Shown here one piece after another: positions 26,927-39,383 of a stretch of DNA of 64,000 nucleotides (positions are counted from its first letter, which is position 1; every line of letters starts with the position of its first letter). A program made the translations under genes and the position numbers. Origin of the DNA: Tubulanus polymorphus (taxonomy: Eukaryota; Animalia; Nemertea); contig NC_134034.1 of assembly GCF_964204645.1 (NCBI RefSeq), forward strand, positions 682,001 to 746,000, in the 5' to 3' direction. A model generated the notes under the pieces. The model made no database searches. It was not told where the DNA came from and was given only the letters and a program-made list of their open reading frames with translations.

Positions 26927-29269
26927 ATGATTTAAGGGATATCAAAGAACGCTATCTTAATTAATAGAGAGAATCAGGTTTTATGGATTTATTTATGGCC
27001 CACTATCAAGACCCATATACACATATTGTGAATCTGCCCGCGGCAAGACAGCGACTTGATGAATAACATCTTCATCAACTCCGCGACGATATCTCCATAA
27101 AAGGGATATAAAATCGATGCCTTTCCTTTCCGAGATTTCTGACATGAAATATTTATTTTAAGACGATCGAACAAGAGACTCGTCGCGGGGTACTGTTTGT
27201 TGGCCTGGAAACTGGCAGTATGGTGTATTTCTCGCTCTCGTTATAACTCGGCACAAACTGATACAGCTCATTACTTGTCGATCGCAGAGTCTGATTATTC
27301 CAAGGTGTAACTATCACGGGTTATGGTGTCACAACTGGTCACGAGACCTACGGTTTAGGTTCTTTTTTTTTTTGATTTTTTTTATTTATTTTTTTTTTAC
27401 ATATAAGCTTTATTTTACAAAAGGAAGGCTCCATAACAACTACATCACACCCACTGGAGTCAGGTGGGGGACTGGAGGTATTAAGCGATTTGCTGGCTAT
27501 TGGGTAACACGTGCCTATCACCACGTATATATTGGTCTAAAACCTGACTGAGTTGATAGGTGTTTTCAGAAAATAGTTCTCTGCATCGGATCTCATGAAT
27601 GAAACCACGACTTCATCTAATAGCGATCGAGCTTAAATCATCGGGGTAGCAAATTCCATTTGATCAATTATTCGATCAACAGTGCGTACCGTTTAAAATA
27701 GATCTCCTAGGAGATTTCAGTTCAAACGTTCAGGCATTTGAAAAACTAAAGATCCGCCGAGGGATGAAAAACGTGTTCTCTTACGTGGAGAATTACATAC
27801 AGAATCTAAAGCAAGGGGAATACGAGGTCGATCACGAAAATGAATCTGTATTTTAATCAAATGTTCGGGTACCAGTCGAAACAAAACAATACTAGGGGTC
27901 AATAATAAGTCAACTGTTTCGTTATTACTAATTAACTGTGCGCAAGGTGTCAGTCAATAAGTCAGTGATTTGTAATTAGGCGCGCCTGAGCCGCTCATTA
28001 ATAACCCGATACCATGCTGTGTCATTCAATATGATTGATTAAAAAGTCTGATATCTTGAAAACATTAATATCTTAAATCTGATATCTCGAAATATATTAT
28101 CTCGAATCTGATATCTAAAAAATCTAATATACTGAATCTGATATCTCAAAAATCTAACATCTTGAATTCCCCGCTTTATTACCACCAGAGAAGTATCAAA
28201 TAATGGTAGACTCCAAGTCGTGTACGAATGAACGCAGAAGGTATTTTGTTTATGGGGACAGTTGTGTATATGGCGGTTTCGGTTGATCAAAGACGGCAAA
28301 GATGCGATATAATATGATATAATATTCCGTCAATTTCAAGTATCTAACCCTATACATCAGAGATAACCGCTGGCGAATCTTTGCAGCTATCTTCAGAATT
28401 TATTTGAAAATGACAGTAGTATGACAACTGATTACCGAAGCGAAATAGTTTCGGATTGTATCAGTATAACTGATTACCGTAGCGAACTAACCGGAGAATA
28501 GTTAGGCACCGTGTGAGATGTATTAAGATACCCGGACACACGCGTGATATTTAATAAAGTCCAATCAAACTGTGATGTTCTATAAAGACATCTAATACAA
28601 GTGAAATTAGCGATATAAGACTCTGCAACGAAACGAATATCGCAATCGGTTTTATTATATTTGAATAATTAGATGTATTATTCGCGTTGGACACGCTCCG
28701 GCTGGACGTGTTGGTCTCGAATATCAAACCTTAGCTAAGAATAAAGGCAGTTATCAAGTCACGTCTCTATAGTGAGTTCGATGGCTGTCAGTATATGTCT
28801 GACAGCCATCAACTTCAAGAAGAAACAATTCCACGGACCAAATGTTATTTAGTACTTCCTGTGCGTTACGGGGCGTAGAAGACGACTTCAAAGTTACAGT
28901 TTCAAATCAAATTTCCTTTAGTTTTCAGAAACTAATCACAGATAAGAATAGAACGGTGGATATATTGCGACCGCCGTTGGTAGAGCAGCAATTCTTCTAT
29001 CCGTTCTGATACGCTTGCGGTGAACGACACTTGATTAAAAACACCAGCGACCAGACTTGGACCGGTTACCGAGAGAAAACCGCGTGATACTTTCTGCTCG
29101 GGGTCGCAACTTGTCATCATCATCATCATCATCATCATCATTATCATCACCGATAAACTGATCATATATACACGTGTATCAACATCAACTCGCACATTGA
29201 CACAAGTCGTCTGATTGCGACAATACGATGAGGATTTGATTGTTTAATCGATACTAACAGACGGATCGA

Positions 29270-32200
29270 ATGATCGGTTTAATAAGTAACTCGTCTGATG
29301 CAGTTACACTGGTCCAAGGGAACTCGACCCGTAGTCCGATAACTGTGGAATTCGGGATAGCGGTCGGCGCCTATTTGACTGCAGTTGGTAAGATTAAGAT
29401 TAAAGTGACAAATTGAAAAGAACCTCAATCGTTATTCACCAATGCCTCTTAGATTTCAGAGACAAGGGCACCTGCCTCTCTTCACGAATGTGAAAACCCT
29501 TCCAGTCTGTACAAACTCCTCTAGAGAACAGTCATTGAAGACAATTTTAGAAACATGGCGGAAAACTAGGCTGTCTGCATGTGCCACCTTACCTTATCTG
29601 AGTTAGTCGACTATAGTCGAACTAAACGAAACCGAATGTCCGATAGTCGGAACTATATTCCGGAAATAGTTCGAAAATCAAGCGCATTCGGTTATTAGTT
29701 CCGACCACTAGTCGACTAGATATGAAAAGCGAATTTGGCCATGGCTGTACCGACCTTTACAGAAAACATAACTGCCACTACAGACACCTCCAAAAAACAT
29801 GGCTGCCTCCGCTATGCCCTTTACGACATAAATACCCTCTTATACAAAAGCTCAGCTTTGTGATCTAAATCGAAATGATGGAATGGCTACACGCTGATTG
29901 AATTCAAATGATTGTTTATATGATTTTCGAATAACCATAGAAGCGATAACATTAAAAACCTCATTTTCTAATGAGTAACTACAGTTTATTATCATTATTA
30001 TTAGAAAATCAAAAAAAATCAAATTAGAAAAAATTATCATTAGAAAATGAGGTTTTTAATGTTATCGCTTCTATGGTTATTCGGATATTTGAACTCTCTT
30101 CCTAAGATTTATATGATTTTTCAAATGTACTAATTGTTGTTTGTTTGTGTAGGCGTGTTTGGCGTGATCTTCAATGTACTGGTGTTAATAGCCATGGTGC
30201 AGACGACTCTATTGCGCAATCGTCCGATGAATACTTTCGTTATGAATCTAGCAGCTGCTGACGCCCTTCAATGTGTATTAGCCTTTCCAATGGTGATAAT
30301 GGCCTGCTTTGAGGTATCTTTAACCACTGATAATGAATCAAGTGAAATATGATAGCTAGGACCAAGGGTTGAGGGCAAATTTACGATTTTGAAAGTATTG
30401 GGCGTTGTTGAAAGTGTGAAGAATAGCAAAGGCGTGCCAACTTTGAATTGAATAGATATTTGCCTCACACGTGTGTTTGTCGACTTGGTTTGAAAAATTA
30501 ACAAACAAATGAAATATAAAGTTAAGACACTATTCATCAGCACACTTTCAGAAACTGATCGCCCACACTTCACATGTGTTCAGGACTTCACCTGAGACAT
30601 TTCTAATTGAAAATGAACTACAAACAGCAGACATTAGACATTTTATCAGCACACTTTCAAAAACTGATCGCCCACACTTCACATGTGTTCAGGACTTCAC
30701 CTGAGACATTTCTAATTGAAAATGAACTACAAACAGCAGACATTAGACATTTTATCAGCACACTTTCAAAAACTGATCGCCCACACTTCACATGTGTTCA
30801 GGGCTTGACCCGAGATATTTCTAATCATTCTAAATCGTTTTTCTTTATTGCACAATATACAGACTCAATGGAATTTCAGTAGCGCGTTCTGCGCCTGGTA
30901 TGGATTTGTAAGTTTCCTGGTCGGCAATGTTTCGATGTCGATACTAGTAGTAATTAGTCTCGACAGATACGTCAGAGTTTGGAGACCTTTTAGCGGTAAG
31001 AGTGTTCAATGCTGTCCTCTCTTCTCGCTGGTCAAGAACGGTCGGCGTTCATCGTTGAAATACACTCCGTTTCTAATTCCGATGATGTTCTATTAACAGT
31101 ATTGTGCGTGGATGCCCGAATGTCAAAGATTGTATGCGCTGTTGTATGGTGTTACGGACTGCTGTGGTCGAGTTTTCCATTGTTCGGCTGGTCAAAATAT
31201 GAATTGGAGCCGCACCGGGTAATTGATATTCAAAGACTATAGATTCTGGGAGATCAAGTTTCACGGGTTCAGAAATTCGAGAGCCCCAGAACTTAATTAA
31301 GTGCTGAGCTCTGGCTCAAGAACCTAAGAATTATGTGTAAGATTCGGGATTCGTGTAACTAGTCCTAGTGCCAATTTAGAACTGGGTCCTGGCTCCATAA
31401 CCACGCAACTGGGCCCAGGTTCCAGTGAACTGGATCTGGGCTCCAGAACTGGGTGCTGATTATGTAAATGTTTGGAATAAGTATTTCTGATTATATTTCA
31501 GTTATCCTGTTCGGTTGATTGGTCCAGTCGCGATCCTTTAAATCGATCTTTCATCATCACACTTTTCGTCTTCGTTTTCCTCATACCGCTGTGCATTATG
31601 GTCTACTGTTACGTCGGCGTGGTCATGTGGTTCCGCCGGAAGTGCACGCGACCGAGCAATCGCGGGCAAGAACTGAAAGCCTATCTACGCATGACGACTG
31701 TAAGTGTATTCGCGCATGTGCGGATAGAAGGTGCCACGGGTGTAATATTTTAACCTCAAAATCGGCAATGTATCAAACCTTCGACTTATATTACCGTGGA
31801 CATTCTTGACAGATTGGCTATAGAACCAAAATGAGCTGGCCTTAAGTTGTTAGATTGGTTATAGAACCATAATGAGTTTAGACTGATCTCAAGTTGTTAG
31901 ATTGGTTATAGAACTAAAATGAAGTTAGACTGGTCTCAAGTTGTTAGATTGGTTATAGAACTAAAATGAAGTTAGACTGGTCTCAAGTTGTTAGATTGGT
32001 TATAGAACCAAAATGAGCTTAAACTGGTCTTAAGTTGTTAGATTGGTCATAGAACCAAAATGAGTTTAGACTGGTCTCAAGTCGTTAGATTGGTTATAGA
32101 ACTAAAATGAGTTTAGACTGGCCTTAAGTTGTTAGATTGGTTATAGAACTAAAATGAGTTTAGACTGGCCTTGTTAGATTGGTTATAGAACTAAAATGAG

Positions 32201-33153
32201 TTTAGACTGGCCTTAAGTTGTTAGATTGGTTATAGAACTAAAATGAGTTTAGACTGGTCTCAAGTTGTTAGATTGGTTATAGAACCAAAATGAGTTTAGA
32301 CTGGTCTCAAGTTGTTAGATTGGTTATAGAACCAAAATGAGCTTAGACTGGTCTCAAGTTGTTAGATTGGTTATAGAACTAAAATGAGTTTAGACTGGTC
32401 TCAAGTTGTTAGATTGGTTATAGAACCAAAATGAGTTTAGACTGGTCTCAAGTTGTTAGATTGGTTATAGAACCAAAATGAGCTTAGACTGGTCTCAAGT
32501 TGTTAGATTGGTTATAGAACCAAAATGAGTTTAGACTGGTCTCAAGTTGTTAGATTGGTTATAGAACCAAAATGAGTTTAGACTGGTCTCAAGTTGTTAG
32601 ATTGGTTATACGTGTGAAGAATATGATCAGTGACTAGTACATGCAATAGATAATGCTAATTTAGATCCTGTATTTGTATTTGCAGATGGCTGCTGTAATG
32701 GTTTCCGCGTTTATGATCTGCTGGACCCCGTATGCTATCGTTTCTTTCATGGGTACATTCGGTTATAAAACCCCGCCCGACTCGGCCATGTGGTTCGTCT
32801 TGGCGCCGGTTTTAGCCAAAACCAGCGTGGCCGTGAACCCGCTGATATACTTCGCCACCAATCCGAACATTCGACAAGCTGTTTCTAGTCTGTTCAAACA
32901 CCGCCGCCACATGAGAAACTCGGCCGGAGCCTACCTGTCACAATTCAGCAGCGATTCATTCCTCCGTGGCAGAATCAAGAACTCCTCAAACCGATTAAAA
33001 ACCGTTAATCCAAACTTCGTCGCTCATCGTAACGCTAATAACCGGACAATTTACGCGGACTTTCTGGCACCGATGCCGTTGAATATCGCTATCGACCCGG
33101 AGTCACGTGATCATCACGGAGACGATCAACGACAATGCGAGGTCGAAATTTGA
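29270..33153 (+). CDS. Opsin, non-rhabdomeric and Group-4/tetraopsin-like (6 exons, ~398 aa)
   Basis: Exons 29270-29387 (MIGLISNSSDAVTLVQGNSTRSPITVEFGIAVGAYLTAVG), 30153-30313, 30863-30995, 31100-31218, 31502-31699, 32686-33153. Class A motifs NLAAAD, DRY, CWTPY, NPLIY; TM7 Schiff-base lysine in LAKTS; ECL2 YELEPHRLSCSVDW. Confidence 0.9.
29929..30083. repeat. Perfect ~46-bp inverted repeat (hairpin) in opsin intron 1
   Basis: gaataaccatagaagcgataacattaaaaacctcattttctaatga ... tcattagaaaatgaggtttttaatgttatcgcttctatggttattc. Confidence 0.9.
30530..30826. repeat. ~111-bp tandem repeat, ~2.6 copies (opsin intron 2)
   Basis: Repeated atcagcacactttca..aactgatcgcccacacttcacatgtgttcagg. Confidence 0.85.
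31810..32610. repeat. 47-bp minisatellite, ~17 copies (opsin intron 5); family also at ~35550-35730, 43110-43170, 60600-60880
   Basis: Unit agattggttatagaaccaaaatgagtttagactggtctcaagttgtt. Confidence 0.95.
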
Positions 33154-33345
33154 AAACTTGGCTAACGTCCAAGAACCATCCGTCTGCTCAATACATATCT
33201 AAGAGAATCAGTATCGGGTGGGTGGTTGTTACGATTGTTCGTCAGTCTGTAACTATATTCCGTCGATGAACGTCTTATTTCGAAGTGAATCGAATCCGGC
33301 GTTTTATATTCAATGTTTTATATTACTTCATTAAATTTCTAGACT

Positions 33346-33907
<562 letters not shown>

Positions 33908-36900
33908 AAGGCGGTATAAAAAGGTACCAATTATTGTTATTATTAAGAATATAACTTTCTCATGCGTTATTCCTGCGTTCAGAAGTTCGTGTGTTAACCC
34001 GGCGCGCCGGAATACATACAGCGAGAATAGTACTTTAAAAAGGGTGTAGCTATTTTCTGAGACGCGCGATCGTGAGCTGTTGCTATACAAGTGCGTGTAA
34101 TTACTTACTATTCGACGTATCGTTGTATTCAGGAAAATCTGTCCAGAAATTCCACCGGGGAATTCTAGATTGTGTAGCCGGAGCAGAAATCTACTCACGA
34201 CTCGATACTAACGAACCCAGAGAACCAGCGCGGAGGGAGACGAGGTCCTCATTAAAACTCGACTCTCAGTGGGCCCTACTCTACGCACAGCTATCAAGGA
34301 TATAGCCGACTATGTTATTAGCCTGAGCTCCTGAGATGCACCCCGCGATTAGAATGTCAATGCGTGCAAGGTCGGTTGATATTTCGCTCATATATTGGAT
34401 ACTTGTATGACTTGGAGCAGCAATCGCCCCAACGCGACCTCTGTCACTCTCGGGTCAACTAGAAATACTCGCTTTAATCTGCGGGGATCGGTCGCTAGGC
34501 TAATTCAAATTCGTAATCACTCGCAAAGCATACCATTGGTTTATACAGTAATACAGTAAGTTTAGGCCAGAGCAAAAACCTGCGCATCGAGTTTGCTAAA
34601 TTAAATCTCAGAATTAACCCAGAATCAAAATTCAAGGACCTAAACATCGGAACTGCACTGCCAAATAATCTAAAATCTATAATGCAGCTGAATATTTTCA
34701 TTATATCTCTAAAATCTTATCTAATTAATAATTAATGAGCCCATACTAGCACGTTATAACCTCTGTTGAATTCTGTTCGTTCTTTGTTACTACAATAGAT
34801 CTAATAACTTTTGATTATATTTATTGTGCTACTTGTTTTAGTGTGACGAGTGTACGAATCCGGCCTGGGAGAGGGCGTGAGAAGGCGTGTACGTTGTCTA
34901 GTGGAAGGACTTCGTTTAAGCCGTTAACTTAGCTTTTCCCAAACCATTCCCATAATTTATTGCTACATTGTTTTTTTTATTATTACTTAAATGCCGGTAT
35001 CAATCTATTATGTGAATAAATATCTAGACCGCGTCATACCGTTAAATCGCTAGATGGCGTGAGGGTCGACAGGAACAGGAATTGACGAGTCTGTGGCCCG
35101 CTAGTATCTCGTTTCATCGATAGAGGGAGTTATTTTAAGTCGACGAAAACAAAAATTTTCAACTTCAATTTATTGTCATTGATCTGTTTTCGTATAAGAA
35201 CCATTTATAGTAATGTATATGACGTAAATGAATGAATATTATATTTTCAATACCAAACAGACAGTGCGTTAAACATATTTCCTAGTCGCATGTGGCCTAC
35301 CGCTAAAGAGGAAGTTAATAGCAGCGCCGGGGTTTCCCTAGCAGCTATCAAGGTGCCCGCAGTGTTACTCGTGAATTCATTCACAATCTAAGCGTTATCT
35401 GCGCATGATAGAAAAACTATCGCTAAAAATACACCATTAATCACTGCAATGATTAGATAACCATACTTAATGTGTGACGGGCCAACCTAAATCCGGTGCT
35501 ATTAATCTTACAAAATTCCCGAAATACTTAAAAACCCGCAGCTTATAGAGTCACTTAGGTTCTAGAAACAATCTAACAACTTGATACCAGTTACCAGTCT
35601 AAGTACATTTTAGTTCTATAACCGATCTAACAACGTAAGACCAGTCTTAACTCATGATGGTTCTATGGACCACAACTTAAGACCAGTCTAAACTCACTTT
35701 GGTCCTAAAACCAATCTAACAACTTCAGAATCTAACAGTTAAAAGTAGTCAAAAATCTGCCCGGGCTCGATTCAAGAAGACCAGCACCTTAATCGATTGT
35801 ATGTTGAAACTGGTTCTAATAAAACCATCCATTGCAGCTTTTTAAAAACATAGAACTTGTCTCAAACGTTGTAAAATTGTCTATAGAACTGAAATGGCAT
35901 TAGACTGGTTTTAAAACCAAAGCTAGGACTATGTGAAACTGGCCTTTTGACTTTCAAATCGCATAGAATTGATGGCGTGGTCTAATATAGAGATATGTGT
36001 TGAGTTACGTAGTCGTATCTGGTAACAGTGGTTATAATGTGCATTGCTCTCGCGGCCTCGAGCGCCGGGAATTTCCATAATTTTTCGTCCAATCGTCGCT
36101 CTAAACTTCAAATGGCAAATGTTATAGAGTCGATTTGCGGACGATCTGTGCGTGGCATATAAAATAAACACAGCAGGAATGTCACGTAGTAAAGAGGTGA
36201 GTGAAATGTTATATGCTAAATCCAGCTTTAACCTGACTCTCAGGATGCATTGGGAGGGATGGATTTAGGGGTTGGTCTCGGGGGTCCAGACCCCTGCCTT
36301 CACATTGAGGTGGCCCTTCAAAGATGTTTAAAACCTGTAAATCTGATCGACACTCATCCTCTAGGAAATGGAAAACTTTTGGATTTATTTCTTCGATAGA
36401 AATCTAAGAATGAGGATCCCGCTAATAGTTAGTCTATGGCTAATAGTTTATCTGAATAATGCCTTAGTCTTTTATTCTGGACCTCAGTCTTACTATTTTC
36501 CAAGATCCTGGTTGGGGTTTGTTGATAGAGCTGTGGACCTATTATTTTCCATAAAGCTTTCCGTCAAATTAGTCAGGACTAAGCTTGTTAAAACTTGTTA
36601 CCATTGCTTCGAATTTGACGTTGATTTTTTGAAAACATTCTGAGCCTGTTCGCGTCCTCCTGATTAAAACACTGCCTTCAGGAAACAACCTTGCGGGGAC
36701 GTCGAAATTAATTTTCTACCCGACATAACGGGATCCGATTTCTATTCGAGGTATCCTGGTATCCTGGGACCTGTGAGGGGTGAGGGGTAGTCAATTACAC
36801 CTCACACAACAAAACCCCCTGCCCAAGTTAAACAATTAATTCACACCAAAGAAGAAAACACCAACTGCGAATCCAGCTAAATTTTACATTGATTGTGGCA

Positions 36901-37469
36901 ACTTGTCGCCTTTTCTTTAACGCTATATGAGATCTAGGGCCAATTTATTACCGGGACGCCAGGGGCTGGTTTTATAGACTGGTATTATCTTAAACCCGGG
37001 GATTAGCTCAATTGAATATGAATTGAATTAAAGGTAATACCAGTCTATAAAACCGGACCCAGAACGCGCACATCAAGCGGTATTAGTCAGAAGTTCCCCG
37101 TCCATAAACGGTGACAGCTACATACACGAGTATATATTGTAATATATTTACGACGAGTCACTCAGCGGCCATGGCCTCGAAATCGATGACCTGTCCTCGA
37201 ACTGGGGCGGAATGTGATGCGGGAAAATCCATGTTTATCATTAAACAAATCGCGTTATTGATAACAGCATCCCACGTGTGATCAAACGGATATTTACACA
37301 TATTCAGAATGCCGAGGAGGGGATTATACGTGTGCACATACCCCATTCATAAACGCGGCCTCCCAACGCTGGCGTTCAAACCACCGCAGAGAAAAGTTGA
37401 TTAGAGATTTCAGTCGCGGAGTGTCAGAGAATTTTAGGCACGCTGGCCGAGAAACTACTGGCGACATCT

Positions 37470-37555
37470 CGCCTTTTTGGTTTAGTGGATAGGGGGCGTG
37501 TTTGACTGACAATCGAGTGGTAGTAGGTTCGAACCCCAATTAACCGGTACCAATC
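37470..37555 (+). mobile_element. tRNA-derived SINE head
   Basis: A-box TGGTTTAGTGG and B-box GGTTCGAACCC at tRNA-like spacing, without a clean cloverleaf acceptor stem. Confidence 0.5.
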
Positions 37556-37674
37556 GGTCCGGACGCATGTCTGGTCTAACAACAGTTTATAACAGTAATC
37601 AGCCACGTGTGCCTTTAAATTCAGACTGGTTTTAGATTATATGAAATCCCTGCGCGTTAAGAACGACAAGAGTC

Positions 37675-37990
37675 TGAAATGTTTCCTTTCATACTCTTTA
37701 TTCAACGGTTCGACTATTAGGACTCATCGTCGTTAGGGTAAATTCGAAACGTAGAATAAACTAATTTAGCTCAAGGAATACAGTATTCCTGAAGATGACT
37801 ATTAGAATGTTGGTTTCATCAATGGTTATAATGAGGGCATCATCAATAAACCTATTCTTGAAGATGGATTTGTTGAATAATCAACTAAATAGGTCAAGGA
37901 CGTATTCCTGGAGATAGAATAGTGGATAGTCAAATAAGTATTATCTCAAGCAAGGAAACATTTCGGACTATTGTCAGTGTGCTGGGATTT
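37675..37990 (+). mobile_element. Degenerate copy of the hammerhead-repeat element
   Basis: cgaaacgtagaataaacta..agctcaaggaatacagtattcctgaagatgactattag, plus flanks (ggttataatgag, aaggaaacatttcggact) shared with 25340-25460. Confidence 0.65.
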
Positions 37991-38924
37991 TTTCACGTAA
38001 TTCATAGCAAAGCTGTTCTATTCACTCACGCAATAATGTAAGCGATTTAGAAAAAAAACAGCTTTTCCCCAACAAAACCCCGGAAGTATGCGTGATTTGT
38101 GACCGCGGTCGCGAGCGGAAGTAAATTCGATTCCAATTACGCAAAAAACCCAACGCCGGCAGCGAATCGGGAATTTACTGGGAATATTATCGAAAGTATT
38201 TATAGACATCATCTCAAAGCACCGACGAATGTTAGAAATAGAGAATTTTTATATCGATCGCTTGACGTGGGGCGACTAGAAATACCGGTTTATATCGGTG
38301 TGGTTGTGCAGTTATGCGAGTTGTGGCACAATGCATAGTTAACAATATGAGACCCTGGAAGTTTGTAAATCCCCAAAACCCGGTTCCACGATTCATGAGA
38401 GTTAAAGTTCATTTTCGATATTCAAGCCCTTTATCAGTCAAACCTTACCCGAGGAACTTAGTGTCTTAATAATAGTTCCCTAATTCTTTCAAAACAATTC
38501 CTTTATCAATCGAAAAAAAAACGCTCGATCACAATTTAAAAAAGAACCGGTTTCTTTGTCTTAAAATGAATGGAATTTATCGATTCAGAAAGGAATTCGC
38601 TCGTTGTTCGCGCAAAACTGATTGAAAAACCAGGAAATAAAACGTTTCATGAAAACCCGCTCTTTAGAAATTTTCAAATCGAGAAGCACCGATAAAATTA
38701 ATACACAAAGTGGTTTGTTTTATGGTTTACTGATAAAGAATTTTCCGCCGCTATCAAAGAAATACTGAATAAAATTCCTTTAGAAAAGAAAATATTTCAG
38801 CAACAAAAAAACAACGTTTCAAAATGTCGTTCACTGCATTTTTGCAATATTTATGTTTATTGTTACATGCGAATGGAATCGATTGCATTTGCATATAGAT
38901 ATCTAAACAGGTAAGTCAACATTA

Positions 38925-39176
38925 CGTCTCCCTCTCCCTCTCCCCTCCTCACCCTCTCCCTCTCCCTCTCCCTCTCCCTCTCCCTCTCCTCCTCTCCCTC
39001 CCTCTCCCTCTCCCTCTCCCTCTCCCTCTCCCTCTCCCTCTCCCTCTCCCTCTCCCTCTCCCTCTCCCTCTCCCTCCCTCTCCCTCTCCCTCTCCCTCTC
39101 CCTCTCCCTCTCCCCTCTCCCTCTCCCTCTCCCTCTCCCTCTCCCTCTCCCTCTCCCTCTCCCTCTCCCTCTCCCA
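38925..39176. repeat. (CTCTCC)n microsatellite
   Basis: Seen directly. Confidence 0.95.
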
Positions 39177-39383
39177 AAGTAAATACAGTATTCCTAAACT
39201 TGAGCTGTTGTATTTCTAGATCTACGTTTGGCAGTGTTATTCATGATACATGGCTGGTTTTGAGAGGTATCGAGACGAGAAGTGGTTGTGATTATTGTGA
39301 GTGGGCGACGGTTGATTCAATGAAGGAGGATCTTCATGGTCGCGTCATCTGTATCACTATTATTAGTTGTAGCACTAGTAGTA

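Noticed and set aside
26476-26945. Ser/Pro/Gly-repeat ORFs
   Set aside because: GA-rich satellite with no splice or gene context.
37470-37555. Possible tRNA gene (also 45100-45165)
   Set aside because: A and B boxes are present but no cloverleaf closure; more likely SINE heads.
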